Positions 53,632 to 63,330 of a stretch of 64,000 nt of DNA are shown here, piece after piece. A program made the position numbers and the translations under genes. The notes below the pieces were generated by a model, which searched no databases, was not told the origin of the DNA, and saw nothing but the letters and a program-made list of their open reading frames with translations. The DNA is taken from NCBI GenBank assembly GCA_036491275.1, contig DASXCH010000157.1, positions 8,902 through 72,901 on the forward strand, given 5' to 3'. Source of the DNA: Caulobacteraceae bacterium (GTDB taxonomy: Bacteria > Pseudomonadota > Alphaproteobacteria > Caulobacterales > Caulobacteraceae). Within the stretch, counting starts at the first letter, position 1. Every line of letters starts with the position of its first letter.

Positions 53632-54702
53632 TCATGCGGCGACCGATTCCTCGGCCAAAGCGTCGAGCCTGGCCAGCAGGGCCCGGGCGCCGGCCGCGCC
53701 CCGCTCGGCGACGAGCCGGCTGTGGAGCTGGTCGCGCGAACGTTCGGCGGCCAGATCGCGCTGGGTGCGGCCATGCCAGACGACCATGGTCTCCCACATC
53801 GGATCGAGGATCTCGGCGCCACGCTTCTCCGCCCCGCTCACGGTCCGCCAGGTGAACGACCGCATCTCGGAGAGGACGACCCGCAGATAGGAAACGTGGA
53901 TCGCCTCGTCGGTGCGGATGCGCTCGACGAGTTCGGCGGCCTTGTCGGCGCCGGCGCGGCGCTCGCCCCAGAGCGCCGGGTCGCGGAACAGGCGCTGGCA
54001 GAGGTCGAAGAAGGATTCCGCCCGGATCTCGATCATCAGCACGTTCATCAGGAACTTGACGAACTGCTCCATGCCCTCGGTGAGGTCGGGCATTTCCCGC
54101 CCCGGCGTCTCGCGGGCGATGCTGTCCGGTGCGCCGGCCAGCGGCCAGGCGTCCTTGCCGAAGGCGAGGTCGCGGGCGGCGAACCACATGGCGTCATGCG
54201 CCCCCTCCCCCGGTCTGGCAGGATCGCCGCCCTCGTCGGCGCCATGGGCGTAGAGCAGGCCCTTGCCGAGGTGGCCCGTGGCCGTGTCGGAAAGGTCGTC
54301 GACGATCCTTTGCGAGAAGTCCGGCGCCGGCAGGTCGCAGAGACCCCGGCCGCGCGCCTCGATGATACCGGTGACGGTGAGGCTGTCCCAGAAGGTCTGG
54401 CCGAGGCCCTCACCGATCAGGAGTCGCTGCTGTTCGAAGTTGGGGAAGCCCGGCCGCTTCATCAGCTCGACGCTTGCGTCGATGACCGGCCAGCCGCGCG
54501 CCTCGAGCGCCTGGGCCCAGGCGGCAACCGCCGGCGTGCGCACGAGGGTGCGTGGCGAGACATAGGTCCCGTCGGCGAGGAATCCGCCGTGCAGGCGATA
54601 GCCGGCCTCCTCGTGCGGCCGGGCATAGGGGTGGCTTGCCATCAGATCATCGCGGCTATAGCGCAAAGGCGATTTGACGGGAGCGTTCAGGGGCGCGTTC
54701 AT
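53632..54702 (-). CDS. Ferritin-like (putative diiron) protein of unknown function
   Basis: 356 aa; IIEARG, ADEGG...AHDAMW, MIEIRAE, TDEAIH carboxylate/His pattern. Confidence 0.75.
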   Translation of the reverse strand: MNAPLNAPVKSPLRYSRDDLMASHPYARPHEEAGYRLHGGFLADGTYVSPRTLVRTPAVAAWAQALEARGWPVIDASVELMKRPGFPNFEQQRLLIGEGLGQTFWDSLTVTGIIEARGRGLCDLPAPDFSQRIVDDLSDTATGHLGKGLLYAHGADEGGDPARPGEGAHDAMWFAARDLAFGKDAWPLAGAPDSIARETPGREMPDLTEGMEQFVKFLMNVLMIEIRAESFFDLCQRLFRDPALWGERRAGADKAAELVERIRTDEAIHVSYLRVVLSEMRSFTWRTVSGAEKRGAEILDPMWETMVVWHGRTQRDLAAERSRDQLHSRLVAERGAAGARALLARLDALAEESVAA

Positions 54703-54726
54703 GGTCGGGGGTCCTCCGCCCATGAA

Positions 54727-54741
54727 CTTATCAGCGATAAG
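54727..54741. promoter_or_regulatory. Palindrome CTTATC-AGC-GATAAG in divergent intergenic region
   Basis: Perfect 6-bp inverted repeat between starts 54702 and 54781. Confidence 0.45.
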
Positions 54742-54780
54742 GCGAGCGGGAAGGCCCCGCGAACCGATTGGGGGGAATGC

Positions 54781-55350
54781 ATGAAATTCGTGGTGGCTAT
54801 CGCCCTCATCCTGGCCCTTCCGGCCATGGCTGTGGCCGCAGACGAGGATGTCCAGGCGCGTCTCGACTCCCAGGCCCAATCCTGCATCGCCTCCAACGCG
54901 ATCGAGGTGGTGAGGGCCGAGCCTAATCTGTCGTCCGCTGTCGAATTCCTGACCAACGACCTCTGCGCCCGCGCCATCGAGGTCGCGGAGAAGTACCGGC
55001 TTAATCGCAAGGTGCTCGACATCCTGATCCGACAGCAGAAAGCGACGATGGCGATGATGCCCAGCCCACCAACCCAGGCCGTGGCGCCGACCCCGACGGC
55101 GGCCGGCTCGGCTTCGGCGGTTACCGACAGGACGCAGAAGGCGGCCGCGGTCAAGGAAGCCAAGCTGGCGGGCCTCGAAGCCGCCAGGATCAGTCCGGAG
55201 ACCGGTGAGCTGGAAGGCCTGCCCCCGCCGTATTCGATGATCACGGACCTGGCCAATCTCGTGCTGAACGCGCGGGCGCCGCAGGCGTCGGCCAAGCTCA
55301 AGGCCTTCGCTGCCCACGCCGTGCTGGCCGCCCGCGAAGCCAAGCCCTAA
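54781..55350 (+). CDS. Hypothetical secreted protein
   Basis: MKFVVAIALILALPAMAVA signal; Cys pair; 189 aa. Confidence 0.7.
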   Translation: MKFVVAIALILALPAMAVAADEDVQARLDSQAQSCIASNAIEVVRAEPNLSSAVEFLTNDLCARAIEVAEKYRLNRKVLDILIRQQKATMAMMPSPPTQAVAPTPTAAGSASAVTDRTQKAAAVKEAKLAGLEAARISPETGELEGLPPPYSMITDLANLVLNARAPQASAKLKAFAAHAVLAAREAKP

Positions 55351-56876
55351 CGCCCTCTCCGCCCACGGCCGGCGCCGTGCAGCTCGGCTCCGGCGTTCGC
55401 CGGCAGGGGCAGGAAGTAGAGCACCGGGATCAGGGCGACGAAGCCGACGGCGATGAAGGCGGGGCCGATAATCCCGGCCGTGAGTTGGCGCGCGTGCTGG
55501 GCGACCATGGAAAGATGCAGGAAGGTCGCGGCCATCCCGATGCCGATGCTCTGGGAGAGCTGCTGGCCCATGGTCGACATGGTCGAGGCGCGGCTCATCT
55601 GGGCATGGTCGACATCGGCGAAGGCCAGGCCGTTCAACGAGGTGAACTGCAGGGAGCGGAAAAAGCCGCCGGTGAGCAGCACGGCGTAGAGCACCCAGTG
55701 CGGCGTGCCGGGCTTGAAGAGGGCATAGGCCATGAAAGCCAGGGCGACGATCACGCCATTGGCGACGAGGGTCTTCCTGAAGCCGAAATGGGCCAGGATC
55801 GGCGGGGCGCAGGTCTTCATCACCAGGGCGGCGGCGGCGCTGGCGAAGGTCATCAGGCCCGCTTGCAGGGCGGAAAGGCCGAAGGCCACCTGCAGCAGCA
55901 TGGCCAGCATGAAGGGCGTCGCCCCCATGCCCATGCGCATGAAGGCGCCGCCGATGGTGGCGGCGTGGAAGGTGGGGATGCGCAGGAGCTTGAGATCGAG
56001 GATGGCGTTCTGGATGCGCGAGGCATGCCAGGCATAGAGCGCCAGGAGCGCCGCCCCGCCGCCCATCATCGCGGCGATCGCCCACGGCGGCAGCGGCCCG
56101 CGGCCAAGGTTGTCGAAGCCCCATACTACCGAGGCCATGCCGACCCCGGTGAGGATCAGGCCGATCCAGTCCAGCGGCGCGGTGTCCTGCTCGCGCACGT
56201 CGTCGATGAATTTCAAGACCAGGACGACGCCCAGGGCGGCGATCGGCAGGTTGAGGAAGAAGATCCAGCGCCAGGAATAATAGGTGATGATGAAGCCGCC
56301 GATCGGCGGGCCGACCACCGGCCCCAGCAAGGCGGGCATGGTGAGGACGCTCATCGCCCGCACCAGATTGTGCTTGGGCGTGGAGCGCAGCAGCACCAGG
56401 CGGCCCACCGGCCCCATCATGGCGCCGGCGGCGCCCTCGGCGGCGCGGGCCATCAGCATCTGCGGCAGGTTGTTGGCCAGGCCGCAGGCTGCGTTGGAAG
56501 CGGCGTAGGCGACGATGGCGATCAGGAAGACGCGCTTGGCGCCGAAGCGGTCGGCCATCCAGCCGCTGATCGGCAGGAAGACCGCCGCGGCCAGCAGATA
56601 CATGGTGATCGCCGTGTTGAGGCGGATCGGATCCTCGTGGAAGGTGTGGGCCATGGTCGGCAGGGCGTTGGCGATCACCGTCGCCGACAGGGTCTGCATG
56701 ACCAGGGCGCCACCGATGATGGCCGGCACCAGGGAGGAGAACGGCTCTTCCGGGTGCAGGTCGACGCCGGCCGCCTCGGCCTCGATCTCGCGCTCCGGCT
56801 CCTCCACGAAGGCGGTCTCGCCCAGGGCTTCGCCCGGAGCGTCGATGGCCAGATCGGCGTCGCGCGCTTCCATCAT
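55347..56876 (-). CDS. MFS drug:H+ antiporter (DHA2/EmrB-like)
   Basis: ANALPTM, PISGWMADRFG, GPVGRLVLLR, PALLGPVVGPPIGG, WRWIFFLNLP. Confidence 0.92.
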   Translation of the reverse strand: MMEARDADLAIDAPGEALGETAFVEEPEREIEAEAAGVDLHPEEPFSSLVPAIIGGALVMQTLSATVIANALPTMAHTFHEDPIRLNTAITMYLLAAAVFLPISGWMADRFGAKRVFLIAIVAYAASNAACGLANNLPQMLMARAAEGAAGAMMGPVGRLVLLRSTPKHNLVRAMSVLTMPALLGPVVGPPIGGFIITYYSWRWIFFLNLPIAALGVVLVLKFIDDVREQDTAPLDWIGLILTGVGMASVVWGFDNLGRGPLPPWAIAAMMGGGAALLALYAWHASRIQNAILDLKLLRIPTFHAATIGGAFMRMGMGATPFMLAMLLQVAFGLSALQAGLMTFASAAAALVMKTCAPPILAHFGFRKTLVANGVIVALAFMAYALFKPGTPHWVLYAVLLTGGFFRSLQFTSLNGLAFADVDHAQMSRASTMSTMGQQLSQSIGIGMAATFLHLSMVAQHARQLTAGIIGPAFIAVGFVALIPVLYFLPLPANAGAELHGAGRGRRGR

Positions 56877-57313
56877 TCAGCCAAACGCTTGAGCGGCTCG
56901 ACGGCGGCGGCGATCGCCCGCCGGTCCCGCGCAGATAGAGCGTCCAGCCGCCGAGCCAGCCAGGCGTTGCGCTGCGCGCGGATGGCGCCGAGCGCCGCCT
57001 CGCCGGCGGCCGTGACCCGAAGGCCCACACGCCGGCGATCGCCTTCGCCCGGCGGTTCGCGCTCGATCCAGCCGGCGGCTTCCAGGCGCTTGAGATGCGC
57101 CGACATCGAGGGCGCGCTCATCTGCTCGGCCTCGGCCAGTTCGCCGCCGCTGACGCCCGGCTGCTTGAAGATGGCGCCCATGAGCTGGGCGTCGAGGGCC
57201 GAGACACCGGCCTTCTGGGCCTCCCGGCGCAGCAGGCGCGAGGCGCGCAGCAGGCCGGGCCTCAAGGCCTCGGCCAGGGCGATCAGGTCTTCTTCGGCGT
57301 CGATCAGCGCCAC
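56873..57313 (-). CDS. MarR family transcriptional regulator
   Basis: ELAEAEQMSAPSMSAHLKRLEAAGWIER...DRRRVGLRVT; ATGA overlap with MFS. Confidence 0.9.
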   Translation of the reverse strand: MALIDAEEDLIALAEALRPGLLRASRLLRREAQKAGVSALDAQLMGAIFKQPGVSGGELAEAEQMSAPSMSAHLKRLEAAGWIEREPPGEGDRRRVGLRVTAAGEAALGAIRAQRNAWLARRLDALSARDRRAIAAAVEPLKRLAE

Positions 57314-57359
57314 GACTTTCCCCGGAGTTGGCCCGCGCCATCAGCGGCCAGGCGAGCTA

Positions 57360-57384
57360 TTAGTTAGTTAGCCAACATAACTAA
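57360..57384. promoter_or_regulatory. Probable MarR operator
   Basis: TTAGTTA-GTT-AGCC-AAC-A-TAACTAA AT-rich palindrome upstream of marR. Confidence 0.6.
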
Positions 57385-57488
57385 ATGCTCCGGCCGATTC
57401 CCGCAACCCCGTTTGGGCGGACGGATGGTGCGTTGGGCGCAACCTGGCGCCGTGATAGCTTGGCCGGACCTTGCAGGAGGATCGGACG

Positions 57489-57830
57489 ATGCAGGCGCAA
57501 CTCAAATACGCGATCAAGTTCGTCGCCGACATGGACAAGGCGGTGGCCTTCTACCGCGACACCTTCGACCTGACGGTGAAGTTCGCCTCGCCCTTCTGGA
57601 GCGAGTTCGACACCGGCGAGGTGACGCTCGCCCTGCATCCGGCGAGCGAGAAGAATCCGGCCGGCGGCGTCGAGCTCGGCTTTTCGACGGACAACCTGGC
57701 CGATCTCTTCGCCCAGAGGACGCAGAACGGTCTTGCCTTCTCGATGGATCCGCACCTGGAGCATGGGACCCTGCTGTCGCAGATCCTGGATAGCGAGGGC
57801 GCCGGCGTTTCGCTCAGCGGAAAGCCCTAG
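57489..57830 (+). CDS. VOC/glyoxalase family protein
   Basis: VADMDKAVAFYRDTF, WSEFDTG, LALH, DSEG. Confidence 0.88.
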   Translation: MQAQLKYAIKFVADMDKAVAFYRDTFDLTVKFASPFWSEFDTGEVTLALHPASEKNPAGGVELGFSTDNLADLFAQRTQNGLAFSMDPHLEHGTLLSQILDSEGAGVSLSGKP

Positions 57831-57833
57831 AGC

Positions 57834-58352
57834 TTGGCGGAGGTCGTCAATGGGCCGGTCCTGCTGGTCGAGTACGATCCGGCGTGGCCGACCGCCTATG
57901 AGGGCCTGGCGATCTTGATCGACGGCGCTCTGGGCACCGACGTCGCCGCCTTGCACCACGCCGGCTCGACCTCCGTGCCCGGTCTCGCCGCCAAGCCGGT
58001 GATCGACCTCATCCTGGAAGTGGCCGACAGCGCCGACGAGGAGGCCTATGTCCCGGCTCTGGAGGCGGCTGGATTCACCTTCGCCCATCGCGAACCGGAC
58101 TGGTTCGAGCACCGGCTGATGAGGTTCGCCCGGCCCAAGGCCAACCTGCACATCTTCTCGGCCGGCTGCCCCGAGACGCGCCGCATGCTCGCCTTCCGCG
58201 ACCACCTGCGCCGCGATACCGCCGACCGGGCGCTCTATGAAGAGACGAAACGGACGCTGGCCGCCCGCTCCTGGCGAATCGTGCAGGACTATGCCGACGC
58301 CAAGTCCGAGATGGTGGCGCAGATCATGAGCCGCGCGCTCGAAGGACCCTGA
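57834..58352 (+). CDS. GrpB family nucleotidyltransferase-fold protein
   Basis: YDPAWP, HHAGSTSVPGLAAKPVIDL, NLHIF, LAFRDHLR, YADAK. Confidence 0.92.
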   Translation: MAEVVNGPVLLVEYDPAWPTAYEGLAILIDGALGTDVAALHHAGSTSVPGLAAKPVIDLILEVADSADEEAYVPALEAAGFTFAHREPDWFEHRLMRFARPKANLHIFSAGCPETRRMLAFRDHLRRDTADRALYEETKRTLAARSWRIVQDYADAKSEMVAQIMSRALEGP

Positions 58353-58372
58353 TCCGCACAGAGGGGAGCCGC

Positions 58373-59812
58373 ATGACCGCAAACCCGCTCGAGGCCGTCG
58401 ACACCTTCGTGGTGCTGATGCTGGAGAACCGCTCCTTCGACCACATGCTGGGCTGGCTCTATGCCGAGGCCGGCAACGTCTCGCCGAACGGAGCAACCTT
58501 CGATGGCCTGACCGGCGCCGAGACCAATCCGGGTACGGACGGATCGCCGGTCAGCGTCTTCCGCATCACCCCCGCCACGCCCAACGCCTATTTCATGCCG
58601 GGCGCCGATCCGGGCGAAGGCTACAATGCCATGAACAGCCAGCTCTTCGGCGCGATCACCGCGCCGGCGAGCGAGCCGGCGATCTCCAACCAGGGCTTCA
58701 TCAAGGATTTCGCCTACACCCTCGGCTGGCAGGCCAAAGGCAAGGGCTGGACCATCCTGCCGGGAACCACCCCGGCCGCCATCATGGGCTGCTTCGATCC
58801 GGCCATGCTGCCGGTGCTGAGCGGCCTTGCCCGCGGCTTCGCCGTCTGCGACCGCTGGTTCGCCCCGGCGCCCACCGAAACCCTGCCCAACCGCGCCTTC
58901 GCCATGGCCGCAACCTCGCAGGGACACCTGAAGGACAGGGATGTTCCCTATACGGCGCCGACGATCTTCGGCGCCCTCTCCAAGGCTGGAATCTCGTGGA
59001 AGGTGTTCGGCTACTCGGCCCCGCCGCTCACCCAAAAGGATTTCCCGGATCTTTCGAACGCGCCGCAGGCGAACTTCGGGCTGTTCGCCGACTTCCAGGC
59101 CGAAGCCAGTGCCGGGACCCTGCCCGCCTATTGCTTCCTCGAGCCGGCCTGGAGCGGAACCGGCCAGAACGACCAGCACCCGGTCTCCGACCTCGCCGCC
59201 GGCGAGCAGCTGATCCACGACGTCTACTACGCCCTGCGCAACGGCCCGAAGTGGGCGAGCACCCTGCTGATCGTCACCTATGACGAATCCGGCGGCCTCT
59301 TCGATCATGTCCCGCCGCCATGGACGGCGACGGCGCCCGACAACACCGTCGGCGAGCAGGGCTTCGGCTTCAACCGCTTCGGTCCACGCGTGCCGGCGGT
59401 AATCGTCTCGCCGCTGATCGCGGCGGGGACCGTGTTCCGGCCGCCGGCGGGCGGCGCTTCGCATGACCACACCGTGATCCTCAAGACCCTGGAGACCCGT
59501 TTCGGCCTGGCGCCGTTGACGGCGCGCGACGCCGCCGCCTCGGACCTGTCGGGCGTCCTGACCCTGGCCGCGGCCAGGATCGACGATCCCCTGGCGGGCG
59601 TCACGCCCCCGCCCCTGACGACGAATCTGCCGGCGGCTCAGGCCGTGACCCACCTGCAGCAGATCAACGCGGCGCTCACCGCCGACCTGCCGGTGGCCGA
59701 CCCGGCCGGCGGGGCGCACCACGTTGCTCCGCCCCTGGGCACGAGCGAGGAGGCCGACCGCTACATCATGGGCCGCACGGCCGCCTGGGCGGCGCAGCGT
59801 GAAGGCGGCTAG
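58373..59812 (+). CDS. Phosphoesterase (phospholipase C/AcpA superfamily)
   Basis: VVLMLENRSFDHMLG, TETLPNR, NDQHP, TYDESGGLFDHVPPP, GPRVPAVIVSP, HDHTVILK. Confidence 0.9.
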   Translation: MTANPLEAVDTFVVLMLENRSFDHMLGWLYAEAGNVSPNGATFDGLTGAETNPGTDGSPVSVFRITPATPNAYFMPGADPGEGYNAMNSQLFGAITAPASEPAISNQGFIKDFAYTLGWQAKGKGWTILPGTTPAAIMGCFDPAMLPVLSGLARGFAVCDRWFAPAPTETLPNRAFAMAATSQGHLKDRDVPYTAPTIFGALSKAGISWKVFGYSAPPLTQKDFPDLSNAPQANFGLFADFQAEASAGTLPAYCFLEPAWSGTGQNDQHPVSDLAAGEQLIHDVYYALRNGPKWASTLLIVTYDESGGLFDHVPPPWTATAPDNTVGEQGFGFNRFGPRVPAVIVSPLIAAGTVFRPPAGGASHDHTVILKTLETRFGLAPLTARDAAASDLSGVLTLAAARIDDPLAGVTPPPLTTNLPAAQAVTHLQQINAALTADLPVADPAGGAHHVAPPLGTSEEADRYIMGRTAAWAAQREGG

Positions 59813-59956
59813 TTCGGGGACGGACCCAGAGAGTCGAACTGCTTCCACTTGGGTATTGTGGAATGACAGGCCGAGGTTGAATCGCCTGAGGTATTGCGTC
59901 GTGGTGTATGGAGACGGTCGCGTCACGCGACGCGAGGTCGCCGTCAATAAAACTTA

Positions 59957-60607
59957 GTGAGGTGGCTCATTTCAATGCTCGCCCTCGGTGGCTTGGTCGC
60001 AATGCTAATGTCGCCGCAAGCCGTCGCACAAACCGGTGTGTCGTCCCCGGGTCCTGCTCAGGCCGCACCAAACGGCAGGCCACAAATACAAATGACACAA
60101 GATCAGCTGATGGCATTTGCAAGGGCGGCCTTTGGCCCACGTGGACGGAACCTCTCTTTTCGCGAAGCCCAACACGAACTGCCGAGAATGCGGGTTGGCA
60201 TGGAAGCGATCTTAGCACTCCTAGAAGAATGCGCGCCGACCCGACGTGGTGGCTACAACGTGATTTGGCCCGAACCTGACACCGACCCGACGGAAAAACT
60301 TCACTGCTCGATTGGCGATAGCGACAAGCCACTCGTGAAGATTGAGGCGCTGCTCCACGAGAATAAGATAGTGAACCTTAGCTACGCCTCCTCTCCGACC
60401 GCTATGGGAGGCGTGCGCGTATACGGTGCTGAGTTTATGATTTTTTCGGTGGGGATGGCGGGCAGTGGGGTGTCGACGTCCATTGAGTTCCAACCCGACC
60501 ATCCGGATTGTTCGACTCATATCCAGAAGGAAGAAGGATCTTACTTGGCGGTTCGCGCGCTGGACCGGCCCTCGTGCACTTGGCTCTGGGAGCACGATGA
60601 GGGTTAA
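59957..60607 (+). CDS. Hypothetical secreted protein, more AT-rich
   Basis: GTG start, signal peptide AVA, 4 Cys; atypical codon usage. Confidence 0.6.
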   Translation: MRWLISMLALGGLVAMLMSPQAVAQTGVSSPGPAQAAPNGRPQIQMTQDQLMAFARAAFGPRGRNLSFREAQHELPRMRVGMEAILALLEECAPTRRGGYNVIWPEPDTDPTEKLHCSIGDSDKPLVKIEALLHENKIVNLSYASSPTAMGGVRVYGAEFMIFSVGMAGSGVSTSIEFQPDHPDCSTHIQKEEGSYLAVRALDRPSCTWLWEHDEG

Positions 60608-60738
60608 CGATTCCACTAAGGGGTGCGGTCGATTGCTCGCATTCGCCCCTTGGCAGCACAGTCGAGAGCCTGTTTGCCACCGGTCGCCCGTCCACAAACC
60701 GGCGACCTCACCCTGTCGCGTATTCGCGAGTCCACGCG

Positions 60739-61149
60739 CTAGATCGTCACTTCCGGCGTGGCGGTGAAGGCCGCCCAGGTCATCCACGCCCCGACGATGG
60801 CGCCAATGAACATCACCAGGCGAAGGGTCTGGGGATAGTTGAGAACGCGGTAGACGGCGGCCAGCCGGGCCGGGGGCACGGCGATGATCGCCAGGCCTTT
60901 CAGAAGGCTCACCCAGCCGATGATGGTCACCGCGATCATCAGGGGCGGCCCGCTCCACAGGTTGTGGCCAAGGACGAGGGCGATGCCGGCCGTCATGGTG
61001 AAAATGCCGGTGACGAGAAGCAGGCCGGTCTCATTCATCATGGCGCTGATGGTCGCCAGCGACGCCTTGGGCCGCAGGGCCAGGGAAAGGCACATGGCGA
61101 GCAGGCCGATGCCGATGAGTTTGCCGAGATAGAGGGTGAGCGGCGACAT
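60739..61149 (-). CDS. Hypothetical four-TM membrane protein
   Basis: AGGAG RBS; GHNLWSG, IIGWVSLLKGL. Confidence 0.75.
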   Translation of the reverse strand: MSPLTLYLGKLIGIGLLAMCLSLALRPKASLATISAMMNETGLLLVTGIFTMTAGIALVLGHNLWSGPPLMIAVTIIGWVSLLKGLAIIAVPPARLAAVYRVLNYPQTLRLVMFIGAIVGAWMTWAAFTATPEVTI

Positions 61150-61297
61150 GGAGATTCTCCTTTCCCGCTAGGTCTGCGCCTTCATAATCCAAATCCGCAC
61201 GATCGCCTTGCGCCAGATCATGACCACCCCTAGGTCGCGCCACCTCCCGGAAAGAACCAGCTCGGCCCCACAGCGCCTGTGGAGCGGGCCGCGCGGT

Positions 61298-62335
61298 CTA
61301 TTCGGCGGCGAAGGCCCGCTCTTCCGAAAACGTCAGGGGCGCGCCGGCGGTGAAGCCGGTCTTTTCGGCCAGTTCGCACTTGGCCGCCTCGTATTCCGCC
61401 GCCAGGCGCGCGACGAGTTCGCCGGCAGTGGGGATGGATTTCACCGCGCCGATCCCCTGGCCGCAACCCCAGATGTCGCGCCAAGCCTTGGCGCTCTGGT
61501 TGCCGCCGGACCCGAAGTTCATCTTCGAGGGATCGGCCTGAGGGAGATTCTCCGGATCGAGGCCGGCGGCGACGACGCTCGGCCGCAGATAGTTGCCGTG
61601 TACGCCCGTGAAGAGGTTGGAATAGAGGATGTCCTCGCCGCCGCTGGCGACGATCATCTCCTTGTAACTCTCAGCCGCCCTCGCCTCCTGGGTGGCGATG
61701 AAGGCCGAGCCGACATAGGCGAGGTCCGCGCCCATGGCCTGGGCGGCCAGGACCGCGCGGCCGTTGGCGATGGCGCCGGAAAGCGCGATCGGGCCGTCGA
61801 ACCATTCGCGCAGCTCCTGGATCAGGGCGAAGGGCGAGAGCTGGCTGGCGTGGCCGCCGGCGCCGGCGGCGACCGGGATCAGGCCGTCGGCCCCCTTCTC
61901 GATCGCCTTGCGGGCGAAGAACGAGGAGATGACGTCGTGCAGAACGACCCCGCCCCAGCCGTGCACGGCGGTGTTGACGTCCACGCGCGCGCCCAGGGAG
62001 GTGATGATCACAGGCACGCGGTATCTGGCGCACAGCGCGACATCTTCCTCGAGCCGGTTGTTGGTCTTGTGGACGATCTGGTTGACCGCGAAGGGCGCCG
62101 AAGGCGCTTCCGGATGGGCGCGGTCCCAGGCCGCCAGCTCCTCGGTGATCTGGGCCAGCCACTCGTCGAGCTGGGAGACCGGCCGCGCGTTCAGCGAGGG
62201 AAAGGCGCCGACGATGCCCGCCTTGCACTGGGCGATGACCAGGTCCGGCCCTGAGACGATGAAGAGGGGTGAGCCGATGACGGGCAGGCGCAGGCGATCG
62301 CGCAGGACGGGCGGCACAGCCATGATCGGGAACAT
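61298..62335 (-). CDS. Nitronate monooxygenase family FMN enzyme
   Basis: PVIGSPLFIVS, GIVGAFPSLNAR, AAGAGGHAS, SGAIANG, YVGSAFIATQE, WGCGQG. Confidence 0.92.
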   Translation of the reverse strand: MFPIMAVPPVLRDRLRLPVIGSPLFIVSGPDLVIAQCKAGIVGAFPSLNARPVSQLDEWLAQITEELAAWDRAHPEAPSAPFAVNQIVHKTNNRLEEDVALCARYRVPVIITSLGARVDVNTAVHGWGGVVLHDVISSFFARKAIEKGADGLIPVAAGAGGHASQLSPFALIQELREWFDGPIALSGAIANGRAVLAAQAMGADLAYVGSAFIATQEARAAESYKEMIVASGGEDILYSNLFTGVHGNYLRPSVVAAGLDPENLPQADPSKMNFGSGGNQSAKAWRDIWGCGQGIGAVKSIPTAGELVARLAAEYEAAKCELAEKTGFTAGAPLTFSEERAFAAE

Positions 62336-62414
62336 CCCTCCAACTGAACGGCGTTCAGCTATAGCGGCGGTCCAGCCCGTGGCAAGCGGTCCGGGGGGTC
62401 GCTAGAGAGGCGCC

Positions 62415-63293
62415 ATGGCCAACGCCGTCCAGATCACCGCCAGGGGGCCGCGTGCGGCTTGCGAGGCGGCCTTCCAGGCGCTGGACATCGATGAAGAAGG
62501 TGGTGGCGCCGTCTCGCTGATCGAGGAAGACGAAGCGGCCGGGACCTGGCGGATCGACGTCTATCCGGCCACCGAGGCCGAAGGCCGCGAGGCGGAAGAG
62601 CTCCTGGCCGGCGTCGGCGGCCTCGCCATTGCCTGCGTGAAGCTGGCCGATGCCGACTGGATCGCCCTCTCGCTCTCGGGCCTGCCGCCGGTACGCGCCG
62701 GCCGGTTCTTCGTCTTTGGCGCCCATGACGCCGGCGAGGTCCCGGCGAATGCCATAGCCCTCAAGATCGAAGCCGGCGCGGCATTCGGCACCGGCCATCA
62801 CGGCACCACCGCCGGCTGTCTCCTGGCCTTCGACGCCCTGCTGAAGGCCAGACGATTCGACCGCGTGCTGGACGTCGGGACCGGCACGGGCGTCCTGGCC
62901 ATCGCCGCGGCGAGAACTGGATCGAAACATGTCGTCGGCACGGACATCGACGCCGATGCGGTGCGCATCGCCGCCGAGAATGCAGCCCTCAACGGCGCCC
63001 GCGCCCGCTTCGTCCGGGCCGATGGCCTGTCGAACCGCGCCGTCCGCGACGGCGCTTCCCATGACCTCGTCTTCGCCAATATCCTCGCCAGGCCGCTGAT
63101 CGCTCTGGCGCAGGACATTCGCAGCGCCGTCGCGCCCGACGGAGCGGTCATCCTGTCGGGTCTGCTTCGAGGCCAGGCGCGGGCGGTTCGCGCCGCCTAC
63201 TTGGCGCGCGGCTTTCGTATTGTCCGCCGGCTCGATCTCGACGCCTGGACCACACTCGTCATGGAGCGCGCCTGGAACCGCCCGCAAGCCTGA
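62415..63293 (+). CDS. prmA: Ribosomal protein L11 methyltransferase
   Basis: [43 protein letters not shown]. Confidence 0.93.
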   Translation: MANAVQITARGPRAACEAAFQALDIDEEGGGAVSLIEEDEAAGTWRIDVYPATEAEGREAEELLAGVGGLAIACVKLADADWIALSLSGLPPVRAGRFFVFGAHDAGEVPANAIALKIEAGAAFGTGHHGTTAGCLLAFDALLKARRFDRVLDVGTGTGVLAIAAARTGSKHVVGTDIDADAVRIAAENAALNGARARFVRADGLSNRAVRDGASHDLVFANILARPLIALAQDIRSAVAPDGAVILSGLLRGQARAVRAAYLARGFRIVRRLDLDAWTTLVMERAWNRPQA

Positions 63294-63330
63294 CCGTTTC
63301 GACGGCGAGGGACTGCGAAGGAACCCGTCC

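Noticed and set aside
53632-57030. 1132-aa ORF as one giant protein
   Set aside because: Only the last 356 aa (from ATG 54702) look coding; the rest is an off-frame read of the MFS and marR genes.
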